Positions 25,461-35,460 of a DNA stretch of 35,460 nucleotides are shown one piece after another; position 1 is the first letter of the stretch; each line of letters begins with the position of its first letter. The notes under the pieces are model-generated. The model was given only the letters and a program-made list of their open reading frames with translations. It did not search any database and was not told the DNA's origin. The DNA is taken from the NCBI GenBank assembly GCA_032718475.1, contig JAUCBJ010006119.1, positions 1 through 35,460 of the forward strand. Direction: 5' to 3'. Source of the stretch: Nemertoderma westbladi (Eukaryota > Animalia > Xenacoelomorpha). Made by a program: the position numbers and the translations under genes.

Positions 25461-25823
25461 ATTATTATTGGAGACACCAATAGTGATACTCTAAATACCC
25501 ACAACCCTAACACAGCAACTCTCCGCTACAATTTACATGCCTGCTGCAATTCCTCTGGTCTAAAACAAATAATTGACAAACCAACTTGAGTCACAAAAAC
25601 TTACAAAACCAATATCGACCACATATTCGCTTCACACCATTCATTGGTATCATGTCATGGTATTCATGTCCAGACACTGCAGCTAATCAATATATTTACA
25701 GAGGAACATTACCAAGATCCTGGATACTATTGCCCCCAAAAAAGAACTTCGAACAAAGACAACCACAGAACCATGGATGACCAATGACATAATAACTAAA
25801 ATCCAATTCAGAAACAAAGCTTT
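25461..25823 (+). pseudogene. LINE ORF2 AP-endonuclease C-terminal half plus part of the EN-RT linker
   Basis: IIIGDTNSDTL..GLKQIIDKPT*VTKTYKTNIDHIFAS carries the GDxN, PT(R) and IDHIF motifs. After a deletion/frameshift, ILDTIAPKKELRTKTTTEPWMTNDIITKIQFRNKAL carries the AP..PW-x-T linker motif. Confidence 0.9.
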
Positions 25824-26059
25824 GTCAACATTTTACGTTACATTGTCATTGACATTTTACATTGTCAACTAATTACGTTTAATTGAAGTAGAAGATTAAA
25901 AATCCAATAATAAAGAGCTAATTGAAAATTTATTAATCAAGCCAGAAGTAATTTTTGTTTGTACATTAAAAACCTTACCGGTAGGTTACTCACATGTCAG
26001 TGCCAAAGTATGTAAAACACTAAAAAGCAACAAGACCTAAACGTTGCATGCAATCAGTG

Positions 26060-26950
26060 ATCAGCTGACGGCAGCCAGCTGTTCGGTAGGTTTCGCCCTG
26101 CAACTGAAGGCATTCTCAGGAGGCCAAGACAGGAAATATAGAGAGAGATTCCCAAAGGGGGACGGAACAGGTAACGAAATGAACAGATGTCTGTACTGTA
26201 ACTAACCACTGGGAAGCAGCACTGTAAACTTGCGCCAGTCACGTTTCTGCTTGTTGATAACCGGCTTGCGTGTTTGAATGTAATACATTTCAAGCTTTTA
26301 CAAGACTGGCCGCAATGGGTGTCTTGTCTAGCAATTACAGTGACATGTTTAAACAATTCACACCAGTCAGTCAGCCAACGTGTATTGGGCTCGCCGCGGT
26401 GCGTCATGATGTGGTTATGCACAGTCTTACCCTGTTCGCTCACATCATTGGCTGTCCCATCCTGGTGCTGACTAACGCGTTCAAACAAGTGTTCGATGGT
26501 GTGTCCAACATATCCCCCCTTACAAGAGGGACAAGAGAAAGAGTAAACGACGTTAGACGCAAGGATTTCCGGGATGGGGTGTTTGAGAGATGGGAGTGAC
26601 TGGCGCAGTTTTGATGTTGTAAAAACAAACCGAACTGGCCGTGTGCAAGACCTGGGTATAAGACCACGTAACTTTTGAACAAAAATATCAGTTGCCCGAC
26701 CTCGGCAGCTCGGTACTCAAACTTACAGATAATAGGCTTGGAATCATCAGAAGCTGCCTGGTCGACCGGGTCAATGACCTCGGTGGGGACAGCTGTTGGT
26801 GCCTCGCCCCCAGAACCACTGCCTGCACGCGGTGTAGTTCGTGGTATATTGCATCGCATCTTTAATGCCAGTAAGGATGATAAAATCCGCAACGGAATAG
26901 ATAAATGGGAAACTCACGGGGCTAGTCGCTTTCGATATACAAAAAGGTTA
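26060..26950 (-). mobile_element. Penelope-like retroelement remnant (RT C-terminal linker + GIY-YIG endonuclease + 3' region), frameshifted
   Basis: Minus strand: KFEYR(G)RATDIFVQKLRGL..PVRFVFTTSKLRQSLPSLKHPIPEILASNVVYSFSCPSCKGGYVGHTIEHLFERVSQH..VHNH..VTVIA..KLEMYYIQTRKPVINKQ, stop at 26204-26202. This fits the PLE signature VVY-x-F-x-C-xx-C-xxx-YVG-x-T..R..H..E..I..P..N. Confidence 0.9.
26063..26125 (-). ncRNA. Degenerate minimal hammerhead-ribozyme-like motif in the Penelope 3' region
   Basis: Minus strand CTGAGAA-T-GCCTT-cagttgc-AGGGC-GAAAC...GTC. Stem II pairs, but the core has A at position 8 and stems I/III pair poorly. Position downstream of GIY-YIG is typical of PLE pLTR hammerheads. 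Confidence 0.4.
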
Positions 26951-26957
26951 TGATTCT

Positions 26958-27717
26958 GACGATCGCTCTATCCTATTATATAAACTAAAATGCATTGGTG
27001 TGGAGGGATACCCCCTCAGTAAAATGGTTTGGTATGGATAGGCCTACCCACTCAGTAAAATGGATTGGTATGGATACCCACTCAGTAAAATGGTTTGGTA
27101 TGGATACCCACTCAGTAAAATGGTTTGGTATGGATACCCACTCAGTAAAATGGTTTGGTATGGATACCCACTCAGTAAAATGGTTTGGTATGGAGACCCA
27201 CTCAGTAAAATGGTTTGGTATGGATACCCACTCAGTAAAATGGATTGGTATGGATACCCACTCAGTAAAATGGTTTGGTATGGATACCCACTCAGTAAAA
27301 TGGTTTGGTATGGATACCCACTCAGTAAAATGGTTTGGTATGGATACCCACTCAGTAAAATGGTTTGGTATGGATACCCACTCAGTAAAATGGATTGGTA
27401 TGGATACCCACTCAGTAAAATGGTTTGGTATGGATACCCACTCAGTAAAATGGATTGGTATGGATACCCACTCAGTAAAATGGTTTGGTATGGATACCCA
27501 CTCAGTAAAATGGATTGGTATGGATACCCACTCAGTAAAATGGTTTGGTATGGATACCCACTCAGTAAAATGATTTCACTCCTACTTAACAGACAGATAC
27601 CAATACAGTATGTTCATGTTGGAAAAGTAAAATCGAAAACTCTCCGAATCGACTGCGGGACACCTCAAGGAGCTCTTCTCGCTGTACTATTATTCCTGCT
27701 ATACATAAATGACTTCG
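26958..27717 (+). pseudogene. LINE ORF2 reverse-transcriptase fragment interrupted by a minisatellite
   Basis: DDRSILLYKLKCIG-[MDTHSVKWFG]n-MDTHSVK*FHSYLTDRYQYVHVGKVKSKTLRIDCGTPQGALLAVLLFLLYINDF corresponds to the RT motifs VDHxILLxKL..G, WFxSYLxxR, GxPQG and LFLLYIND. Confidence 0.9.
27007..27572. repeat. 30-bp minisatellite (TGGTTTGGTATGGATACCCACTCAGTAAAA)n, ~19 units, LINE-RT derived
   Basis: 17 regular units at 27061-27570 plus two irregular leading units. TGGTTT and TGGATT variants. Confidence 0.97.
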
Positions 27718-28583
27718 ACATGGCTGCTTTCTCAACGAGACCGAGATATCCCACCCAACTGACAAAATAACCAACCTGCTCCTTTCCCTCAATTTGTAGG
27801 TAACAATGTCGTTTATTGTTTTGGTTAGAAATTACAGCCGCTGTAACCTGCTCTTTTCCTTCAATTTTGAAGGTAACAACAGCGTTTTTTAATTCCCACA
27901 TTCCCATCCACCTTCCCATATTCCTTCATCGTCTGGGTATAAACTCCACTGTATCAGCTGGCAATATGGGGCATGTTAAGTGTTTCGTCATATACACACT
28001 ACACAATAGGCCTAGAGAGATAACCCTTCCTGCCTTCCCTTTAGCGTAACAAACAAACAATAAATATTTTAAATGTAATATATTAATAAGTATCATTATT
28101 TAATAATATTAATTATAATTAATATAATTAACTTGAACTATTAATAATGATAACTATAAACAAGAAAGATTTACGAAAATATTGCAGCAAAGGTTGTATT
28201 GTTTTTAATAAATGTTTAATGTTTCAACACCAACTAAATCTACGAAAGTTGTTTTATACATCAGAAACTATCCATCTTGTGCTGAGACAATCACACAACT
28301 TTCATACCCGCCATCCTTCATCCTATATCGTATTTTTAATATATTAACATGCCTTTGTGCATTAGACTGTTAGATGCATACCGGTATGCCTGTACTGCAA
28401 CGTCATATGATGATACTGATGCGTAACAGGGCAAAGTGAAACGTGATCCCCTATTCAGCTATTGGCTATTTACCTAACAGACAGTTAGTAAATATTATAT
28501 CTCTTTCTCCTGATTGGTTATAGGATCAGATGCTGTCAGATCAGATCAGATCAGATAAGGACAGACGTTTTATTCTACCTCCA

Positions 28584-28677
28584 GTCAACGGGCCCGGTCA
28601 ATATTAAGCAATGGCTGAATTGGTCCGGTCAACGGGTCCGGTCAATATTGAGCAATGGCTGACGCTGAATGGGTCCG
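28584..28677. repeat. ~44-bp imperfect tandem duplication (GTCAACGGGYCCGGTCAATATTRAGCAATGGCTGA)
   Basis: Two copies at ~28584 and ~28628. Confidence 0.75.
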
Positions 28678-29119
28678 CTCAGTCAGTCAGTTCAGTAGGC
28701 CTAGCTTTGCCATTATTATTACCACCCATCTGCCCATAGATAGATATAAACCCCATAATTATGTTTCTGATTGCTGAATGATTTTGGTGTTTAAGGTTAG
28801 GTACCGGTACCAGTAGAGTAGCAGTAGGTGTGTACTACAGCTAGGCGCTACAGCTGTACACGTACAGTATAGCAGCGAGGTCCCCGGTAGGTTGTAGGCC
28901 TATTCCGTACTGTATAGTAGAATATTTTATTTCCTTGGTTTAGTTTGCTCTTTTTTTATTTGTCACAAATTAAAATTAAGGGAGTGTCAAATAAATAATT
29001 GCAATAATATTTTTTACCTGTTAGGCCTATTTGCGTAGCTTATGAACTGATGAAACTCAGGCGAAAGCTCAACACTGCCTGACTACAACAGGTAAGAAAA
29101 TAATACAGTAATGCTGTAA

Positions 29120-30467
29120 CTGTTATCACTTCCGACAAACGCATCGTCTACCCTGGCTCCAGGTTGGAATTCATGCATGAGCGCGCAGGTACGCTTGGTT
29201 GTTTTGAAATCACCGCGCACCTGAAATTGGCTCGTCGCGCACCTCATCATATGTCATAATCCAAACAAAATCGCGCAGCTCATGTCATGCATATCTCAAA
29301 AAATCGCGCAGTTCATAAGAACAATTTTACATTCCTATTTTACAAGTTTGAGCGTTTTAAGCTTATCTTTACGTCTGTCTGTCTGTACGTTGAATCTAGG
29401 CTTACATAATAAATGTAATTTTTGCAACATCAAAATTGTTAATATTAAAAAATATTTTTTTAATCCACTACTATGGTGGCCCATCGGGCTCACTGCTTTT
29501 ATAACAGAAAATATTATTTTAGATTACAAACAAAACATGTACCGGTAATTTCAAAAAAACGAATATTGAAATAGGTACCAGTCTGCCAATAATACTTTGT
29601 ATAGGCCTACGTAACAATTAGGCTTAAACATACAGTTGGCTTATAATTAAGTCATACTTATAATACATTGTTACTTTCTGACTTTACCTGTTTACTAACG
29701 TAACATCGGCATAGCATAGACCTAATAACAATACAACAATAGAGTACTGTAGTTAAAATAAATAGACAAATTCAGCTCCGGTTGCCGGTATTACAGTATT
29801 ATGGTGAAGTGATTTGACTGTTTGAAGAATTGGAAATGAGAAACTAATGCGAGCGCAGCGAGCGAAATTTTTTTGTGTATTTTCGTGATTTCAATTAATT
29901 TGTGGTGCGAATCAGAGGCAGAGCTGCGCGCTGAGGCGCAACGCGCACCTGTCTCACACCCGAACGCGCACCTGTCTCACCCAAACGCGCAACGCGCATC
30001 TGGTTTGCGGTCATTCGCGCAGGTACGCGTCCGAGTTTTGCAGCATGAATTCCAACCTGGCCCTGGCTCACAACCTTACCAACTGCAAAACCCTAACCGA
30101 AGCCGAAGATATATGTGAGCAGTATCCCAATATTATCAACCCAGCCGCATTAGAACTCTACCGCAATTTTCGAACGGAAAGGGATAATAACTTCTCAGGT
30201 CAAGGGTATATATTGGGGCCAGCCTTCAAGTCTAACGTCTGGAGATCCACTAATCAAAGGAATCGCCACATAATAACAAGAACAACCGCGCATGGTTTCC
30301 ACCATATAATTTGCTCCACAACAACCCCGTTTCATGAAAGAATGCAAACTTGCACGTGCAAATATTGCGGTAACAGCGCCGAGGACCTTTACCATGTTCT
30401 AGAATGCTCGAGCTCACCTGAACTGTCATCTCCAGCGGCACAATAATAGTCTACAATAAAGATAAAG
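29120..30467 (+). mobile_element. 5'-truncated 3' end of a non-LTR retrotransposon ORF2 with C-terminal CCHC zinc knuckle, split by a DNA transposon
   Basis: ORF ends CTCKYCGNSAEDLYHVLEC (Cx2C..E..H..C), stop at 30446, then an AATAAAGATAAAG tail. Removing 29159-30068 joins LLSLPTNASSTLA to HNLTNC in frame. The 5' boundary is approximate. Confidence 0.6.
29159..30060. mobile_element. 902-bp non-autonomous DNA transposon (18-bp perfect TIR, 8-bp TSD; hAT- or Mutator-like)
   Basis: TIR CCAGGTTGGAATTCATGC at 29159-29176 and GCATGAATTCCAACCTGG at 30043-30060. TSD CCCTGGCT at 29151-29158 and 30061-30068. Subterminal CGCGCA motifs cluster at both ends around an AT-rich core. Confidence 0.92.
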
Positions 30468-30794
30468 GCCTTAAGACAGTAAGAATTGTAAATACCGGTA
30501 TAATAAGTCAATAATTTTTTAACAGATTTTTATATCAATGTATAATATAAATTGTTTTATTTTATTGAGTATCTATGTAAATATTTGAATGAATCAAAAT
30601 AAAGGTCTCCATTTGCCCCGCGTGGGGGCGCAGTTTTAAAAAAAAAAAAAAAAGCTGTAACTGTAGCCTAGTCGCACCGTTTGCCGTTCTGCCATTCACC
30701 CTTACTTACTCATTACTATCTAATCATTTATTTAGCTGTAGGGCCAGAAGAGGTTATATTTCAGATAATTTCAGATTTCCAGATAATTCTGTAA

Positions 30795-31697
<903 letters not shown>

Positions 31698-32124
31698 TAG
31701 TTATTTATATTTTTGTAAATTCTTGTTTTTTTTGTTGCTTTTTTTATGCTGACAACTTTATCTTGTTTCATTGTATTTGGAACTCATTATTTTATCTATT
31801 TACCACACCGCTCTGCCTCTTTATGTTATGTTATGTTATCTTTAATTCAGGCAAACGCCCATATATAATATTATAGTGACGCATAGATAAATAGCACAAT
31901 ATATATAGTGTTAAGTATGTATAATATCTACCGGTACTGTAGACTTTTCTATTAATTAGTAGATACTAGAACAAAAGGAAATTAAATACATACCATAAAC
32001 TTGAATCGTAACATCGAACACTCCTAAAGTCCTAACTATGGAATTATCAAATAGTAGCATTCTAGAATATAAACTATACGGCATACGCTGATCTACGTCT
32101 TATATGTAAGAAAGTAGGAACCCT

Positions 32125-34395
32125 AGATAGATAGATTTATTTATACATTATGTAAAAACAATAACAAATACACCAAACAATGTACCGGTATAAAGGTATT
32201 GTCCAACATAACATGGATCACCCCTAAAGCTTTGCAGCTTATTTCCAAGGGGGTCCTTTATGTTACTTGGTTACAAATACAATATTACACTACGCTAACC
32301 TAAAACCAATATAAAACGTAATTACACTATGTACATGTACAACTTTACCGAGAGCGTGACAATGTCCGACTCAACGATAAAGATGTAATGTACAGAACAA
32401 TTTATTATAAAACGTATTTACAGCATAAATAGTAAATAATTAATAAACTAATAACTTACTGTAGGACTATTGTACCTATTTTTACATTGCACACGGAGAT
32501 GAGATTTAACTGCAGATTTAAAAGAATGTTGATTATTTAGGTTTTTAATTTCATTAGGCAGAGCGTTCCAATTTTTAATGCCGTTAAAAAAGAATGTATC
32601 AGATTCAAAGGATTTACAATTCGGGAGGTAAAAGTTTGAAGCACTAGCTCTGGTACTGTAAGAGTGTGTATCGCGTACTCTGTTGAATTTTTGTTTTAGG
32701 TAATTGGGACATTTACCATTATACACTTTATGCACATGGTTAAGGCGTAGCTGCTTAACTCTACTATCTAAGTTAAGTAGTCCAGATTCAGAAAAGTCAT
32801 CTGGAGTTAGGTGGTGCCGAGGTGTGTAGTCTTTAATAAATCGTACTACTTTATTCTGAGCTACTTGTAATTTACATTTAAGCTGTTTGGTTAAGCCTTC
32901 ATACCAAGAAGTGCACGCATAGTCCATGTGACACTGTATTAAAGAAGAGCAAAGTAACTTGCGGGAGTCGGTGTTTAAACTATTTTTATTTCTGTATAGA
33001 AACCTAAGCCTACTGTTAACTTTCGAGAAAATATTTTTCACTATGCTTTCTCCGGATAAGCAGTTATCCAATGTGGCGCCTACATATTTAACTTCCTTTT
33101 TATTTTCAATCTTATGTCCATTACTAGTGACTTCAAACTTAGTTACCTTCTTTAATTTTCTTTTGGAACCAAACAAAATACTTTCAGTCTTACCGTAGTG
33201 AATGGATAGCTTATTATCAACCAACCACTCATTACAGGATTCTAGAACTGCACTTAACTTTTGGGAAATATGGATAGGATCTTTATGAGAGAAAATAAGA
33301 GCACTGTCGTCGGCATATAAAATGAGTTTAAAATCGGGATCTATACTACTTATCATATCATTTTCATTTACATAGCATACAAAAAGCAGAAGACCTAATA
33401 TACTACCTTGCCGTACACCACAGGTAATCTCTTGTACAGTAGACTGCGATTTGCTAATGACTACAGTTTGACATCTGTCTGACAGGTAGGACTTGAACCA
33501 GTCTATAGAACCTACACCCATCAGGCCTAACTTACCAAGCAGAATTTCATGATCTACAGTATCGAAAGCCTTTTGTAGGTCCAACATTACTATACCAGTA
33601 TATAAACCCTTTGCGTTATTACATCTAATTGTATCAGTTAAGTTAATAAGACAGGTGTCTGTAGAATATGATTTACGAAAACCGGACTGAAGTTCATAGA
33701 TCAGATTTAGCCTACTAAGATGTGCTTCCAGCTGTAGAAAAACAGAACGTTCTAGAATTTTAGATACAATACTTAAGATACTAACAGGTCTGTAATTACA
33801 GGGTTCTACTTTACTATTCTTTTTATACAGAGGAACAACCTTAGCGAATTTCAGTTCGTCTGGTACTACATTATCTACGATAGAGTAATTAATAATAAAA
33901 GTAATAGGCACTTTAAGTACCTACTTCAGCACCATCCTTAAGAAAACGGGCAGGTATTAGGTCTAGACCGGTACTTTTTGAGGCTGATAGGCTAAGTAGA
34001 TTTTGAAAAACGAAATCCTCAGAAACGGGTTTTAAAAATAACTTTTCTGAATTTTGTAACTTTTCTAAATAAAAATTTTTTAGAGTTTCGGACCCTATAC
34101 TATATTTATTGCTTGATAACGGTAACTTCTTAACTAAATTAGAGGCAACATTAGTAAAATAATTATTAAATAAATTACTAACTAGAGTATGATCATGAAT
34201 CAGCTCACCGTTATCTTGCAGAACAATATTCGATTTAGATTTAAGGTTTTTATAACCTAAAGATTTTAGGGTAGACCATAGACTTTTAGGATTATCTTTA
34301 TTCTCACTTATTTTGTTGTACAAATATTCAGATTTAGCTTTTTTTATTTCCCGTTGGACAAGGTTTCTATATTTGCAGTAATTATTATAATCAGC
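32125..34395 (-). mobile_element. 5'-truncated CR1-group LINE, antisense in the DDX41 intron
   Basis: ORF2 from the linker through RT to the C-terminus. 3'UTR stem-loop GGACCCCCTTGGAAATAAGC..GCTTTAGGGGTGATCC (32215-32256) and AAATAAA(TCTA)n tail (32125-32143). Confidence 0.92.
32448..34395 (-). pseudogene. LINE ORF2 reverse transcriptase (disrupted)
   Basis: [44 protein letters not shown] and KYVG motifs. 4-bp insertion frameshift at ~33918-33923, in-frame NE duplication, and P>R / P>L changes in GVPQGSILGP. Confidence 0.92.
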
Positions 34396-35312
34396 TAATA
34401 ATAATTACTGCACTTATTAAATATAAACATTCCTGTTGCACTGCAATTACTGCAGTAATGATGTAATTTCCGAAAGATCCTGTGGCAAGCCAGCTGTATC
34501 GATTTTTGATGCACTAACCACCTAACGCTCTGCCCGTGTTTATCTAGAATTTGACTTTCTGTCACAAATTTTAGTTATAAAAGTCTTTGTATCTATAAAA
34601 CTATTAATGCAAATATTACCGATGGTCTTTATTCTTAATTAGGCTTTATATCGGGTATATAGGCTGTCAGGTAAAGATTTACGATTTAAGATTACACTTT
34701 AAATCTCGGCGGGAGATAAAGTGCCACATAGATAAACATAGTAAGTAAGAAATTTTTCCACGGTTACCCCGTACCATCCATTTTGACGACCATCCGAACA
34801 ACCGCAATACGGGACAAAAAAGACAAGAGAAAGTGTAATTATATGAATGAAATTACGTACCTATTAAATGATAAAATAATTTATTTATTACCTGGGATAA
34901 AAGTATTACTTTTTTTCTCGGGACATTTTATTTACCGTGCACTAGCGAGGTTAATAAAGTAAATTAAATAATTTATAAATAATAAATAAAGTAAATTATT
35001 AATAAATAATAAAATAATAACTATTTATACACACTCTGTAATAAGTCAGGATTTGGGCGCAGTCCCGGTACAAGAGTCCTTCAGTCCAGCCCAAACTAGG
35101 TTTTCATCCGTGTCCGGTCGAAAATGGATGCTTACGGGGGTGTGAACAGTTCCTTGTTTTAATAAGCCAAACATATCATTGATAATGTTAGTCTTATAAT
35201 ACACATAAATAAAAACTTTGCGACCAAACATATGTAATGTACCGGTACCGGTATTGTCCTTTTACTTTATTTACTATCTAATAAAGGCTTGCATTGTTTT
35301 ATTCGGTTGCAG

Positions 35313-35460
35313 ACTGCCTCCATTCCGCGGGGTTCCCACAAGTTCGTTCCGTTCTGTGTATCGGCGGAACCCCCATAAAGGACCAGGTCGCCGCGCTGCG
35401 ACTCGGTGTCCATGTGGTCGTTGCGACACCCGGTCGTCTACAGATGCTACTGGAGCACGG
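35313..35460 (+). CDS. DDX41: DDX41 second coding exon (reaches the window end)
   Basis: (D)CLHSAGFPQVRSVLCIGGTPIKDQVAALRLGVHVVVATPGRLQMLLEH contains the GG doublet and motif Ib TPGRL. Not present in the ORF track. Confidence 0.93.

Noticed and set aside
6410-25589. Dozens of long ORFs (up to 735 aa) on both strands as repeat-protein genes
   Set aside because: They are a by-product of a 54-bp unit lacking stops in three frames. Indel units switch frames freely, most starts are GTG/TTG, and the parent ORF carries stops.
26995-27770. 192-aa and 236-aa repeat ORFs as genes
   Set aside because: Minisatellite inside a dead RT fragment with a stop and a frameshift.
28040-28150. AT-only tract (also 34950-35030) as a regulatory element or origin
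   Set aside because: Low-complexity sequence with no specific supporting structure.
29047-29070. Hammerhead core CTGATGA...GAAAGCTC
   Set aside because: Core words are present, but stems I and II do not pair and there is no PLE context.
30690-30715. Divergent minus-strand gene start (ATGA|GTAAGT)
   Set aside because: A donor-like word alone. No downstream minus-strand exon could be identified.

Overview
AT-rich eukaryotic (probably invertebrate animal) genomic DNA, not prokaryotic. The only clear host gene is DDX41/abstrakt (DEAD-box helicase): first coding exon 30816-31695, a 3.6-kb phase-1 intron holding an antisense 5'-truncated CR1-group LINE, and exon 2 from 35313 running off the window. 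The rest is repeats and dead transposons. The main feature is a ~20-kb array of a 54-bp satellite (5397-25460) whose unit is a piece of LINE AP-endonuclease coding sequence (KPIRIGVVYRP). It expanded in place: the N-terminal half of the endonuclease lies directly left of the array and the C-terminal half directly right. A second, 30-bp minisatellite (~27007-27572) arose the same way inside the reverse-transcriptase domain of what looks like the same collinear LINE copy. The 54-bp array is punctuated by 12 copies of a 65-bp AT-rich module (palindrome plus splice-acceptor-like tract) and has kb-scale higher-order duplications. Also present: a 16-bp satellite, a 15/30-bp minisatellite, two mutually inverted 22-bp palindrome-core arrays, a Penelope-like GIY-YIG remnant with a degenerate hammerhead-like motif, a 902-bp non-autonomous DNA transposon (18-bp TIR, 8-bp TSD) nested in a LINE 3' fragment, a MITE, and many TA-(2-4 nt)-TA insertions resembling transposon excision footprints, several of which account for pseudogene frameshifts. 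Almost all long ORFs in the supplied track are repeat artefacts.
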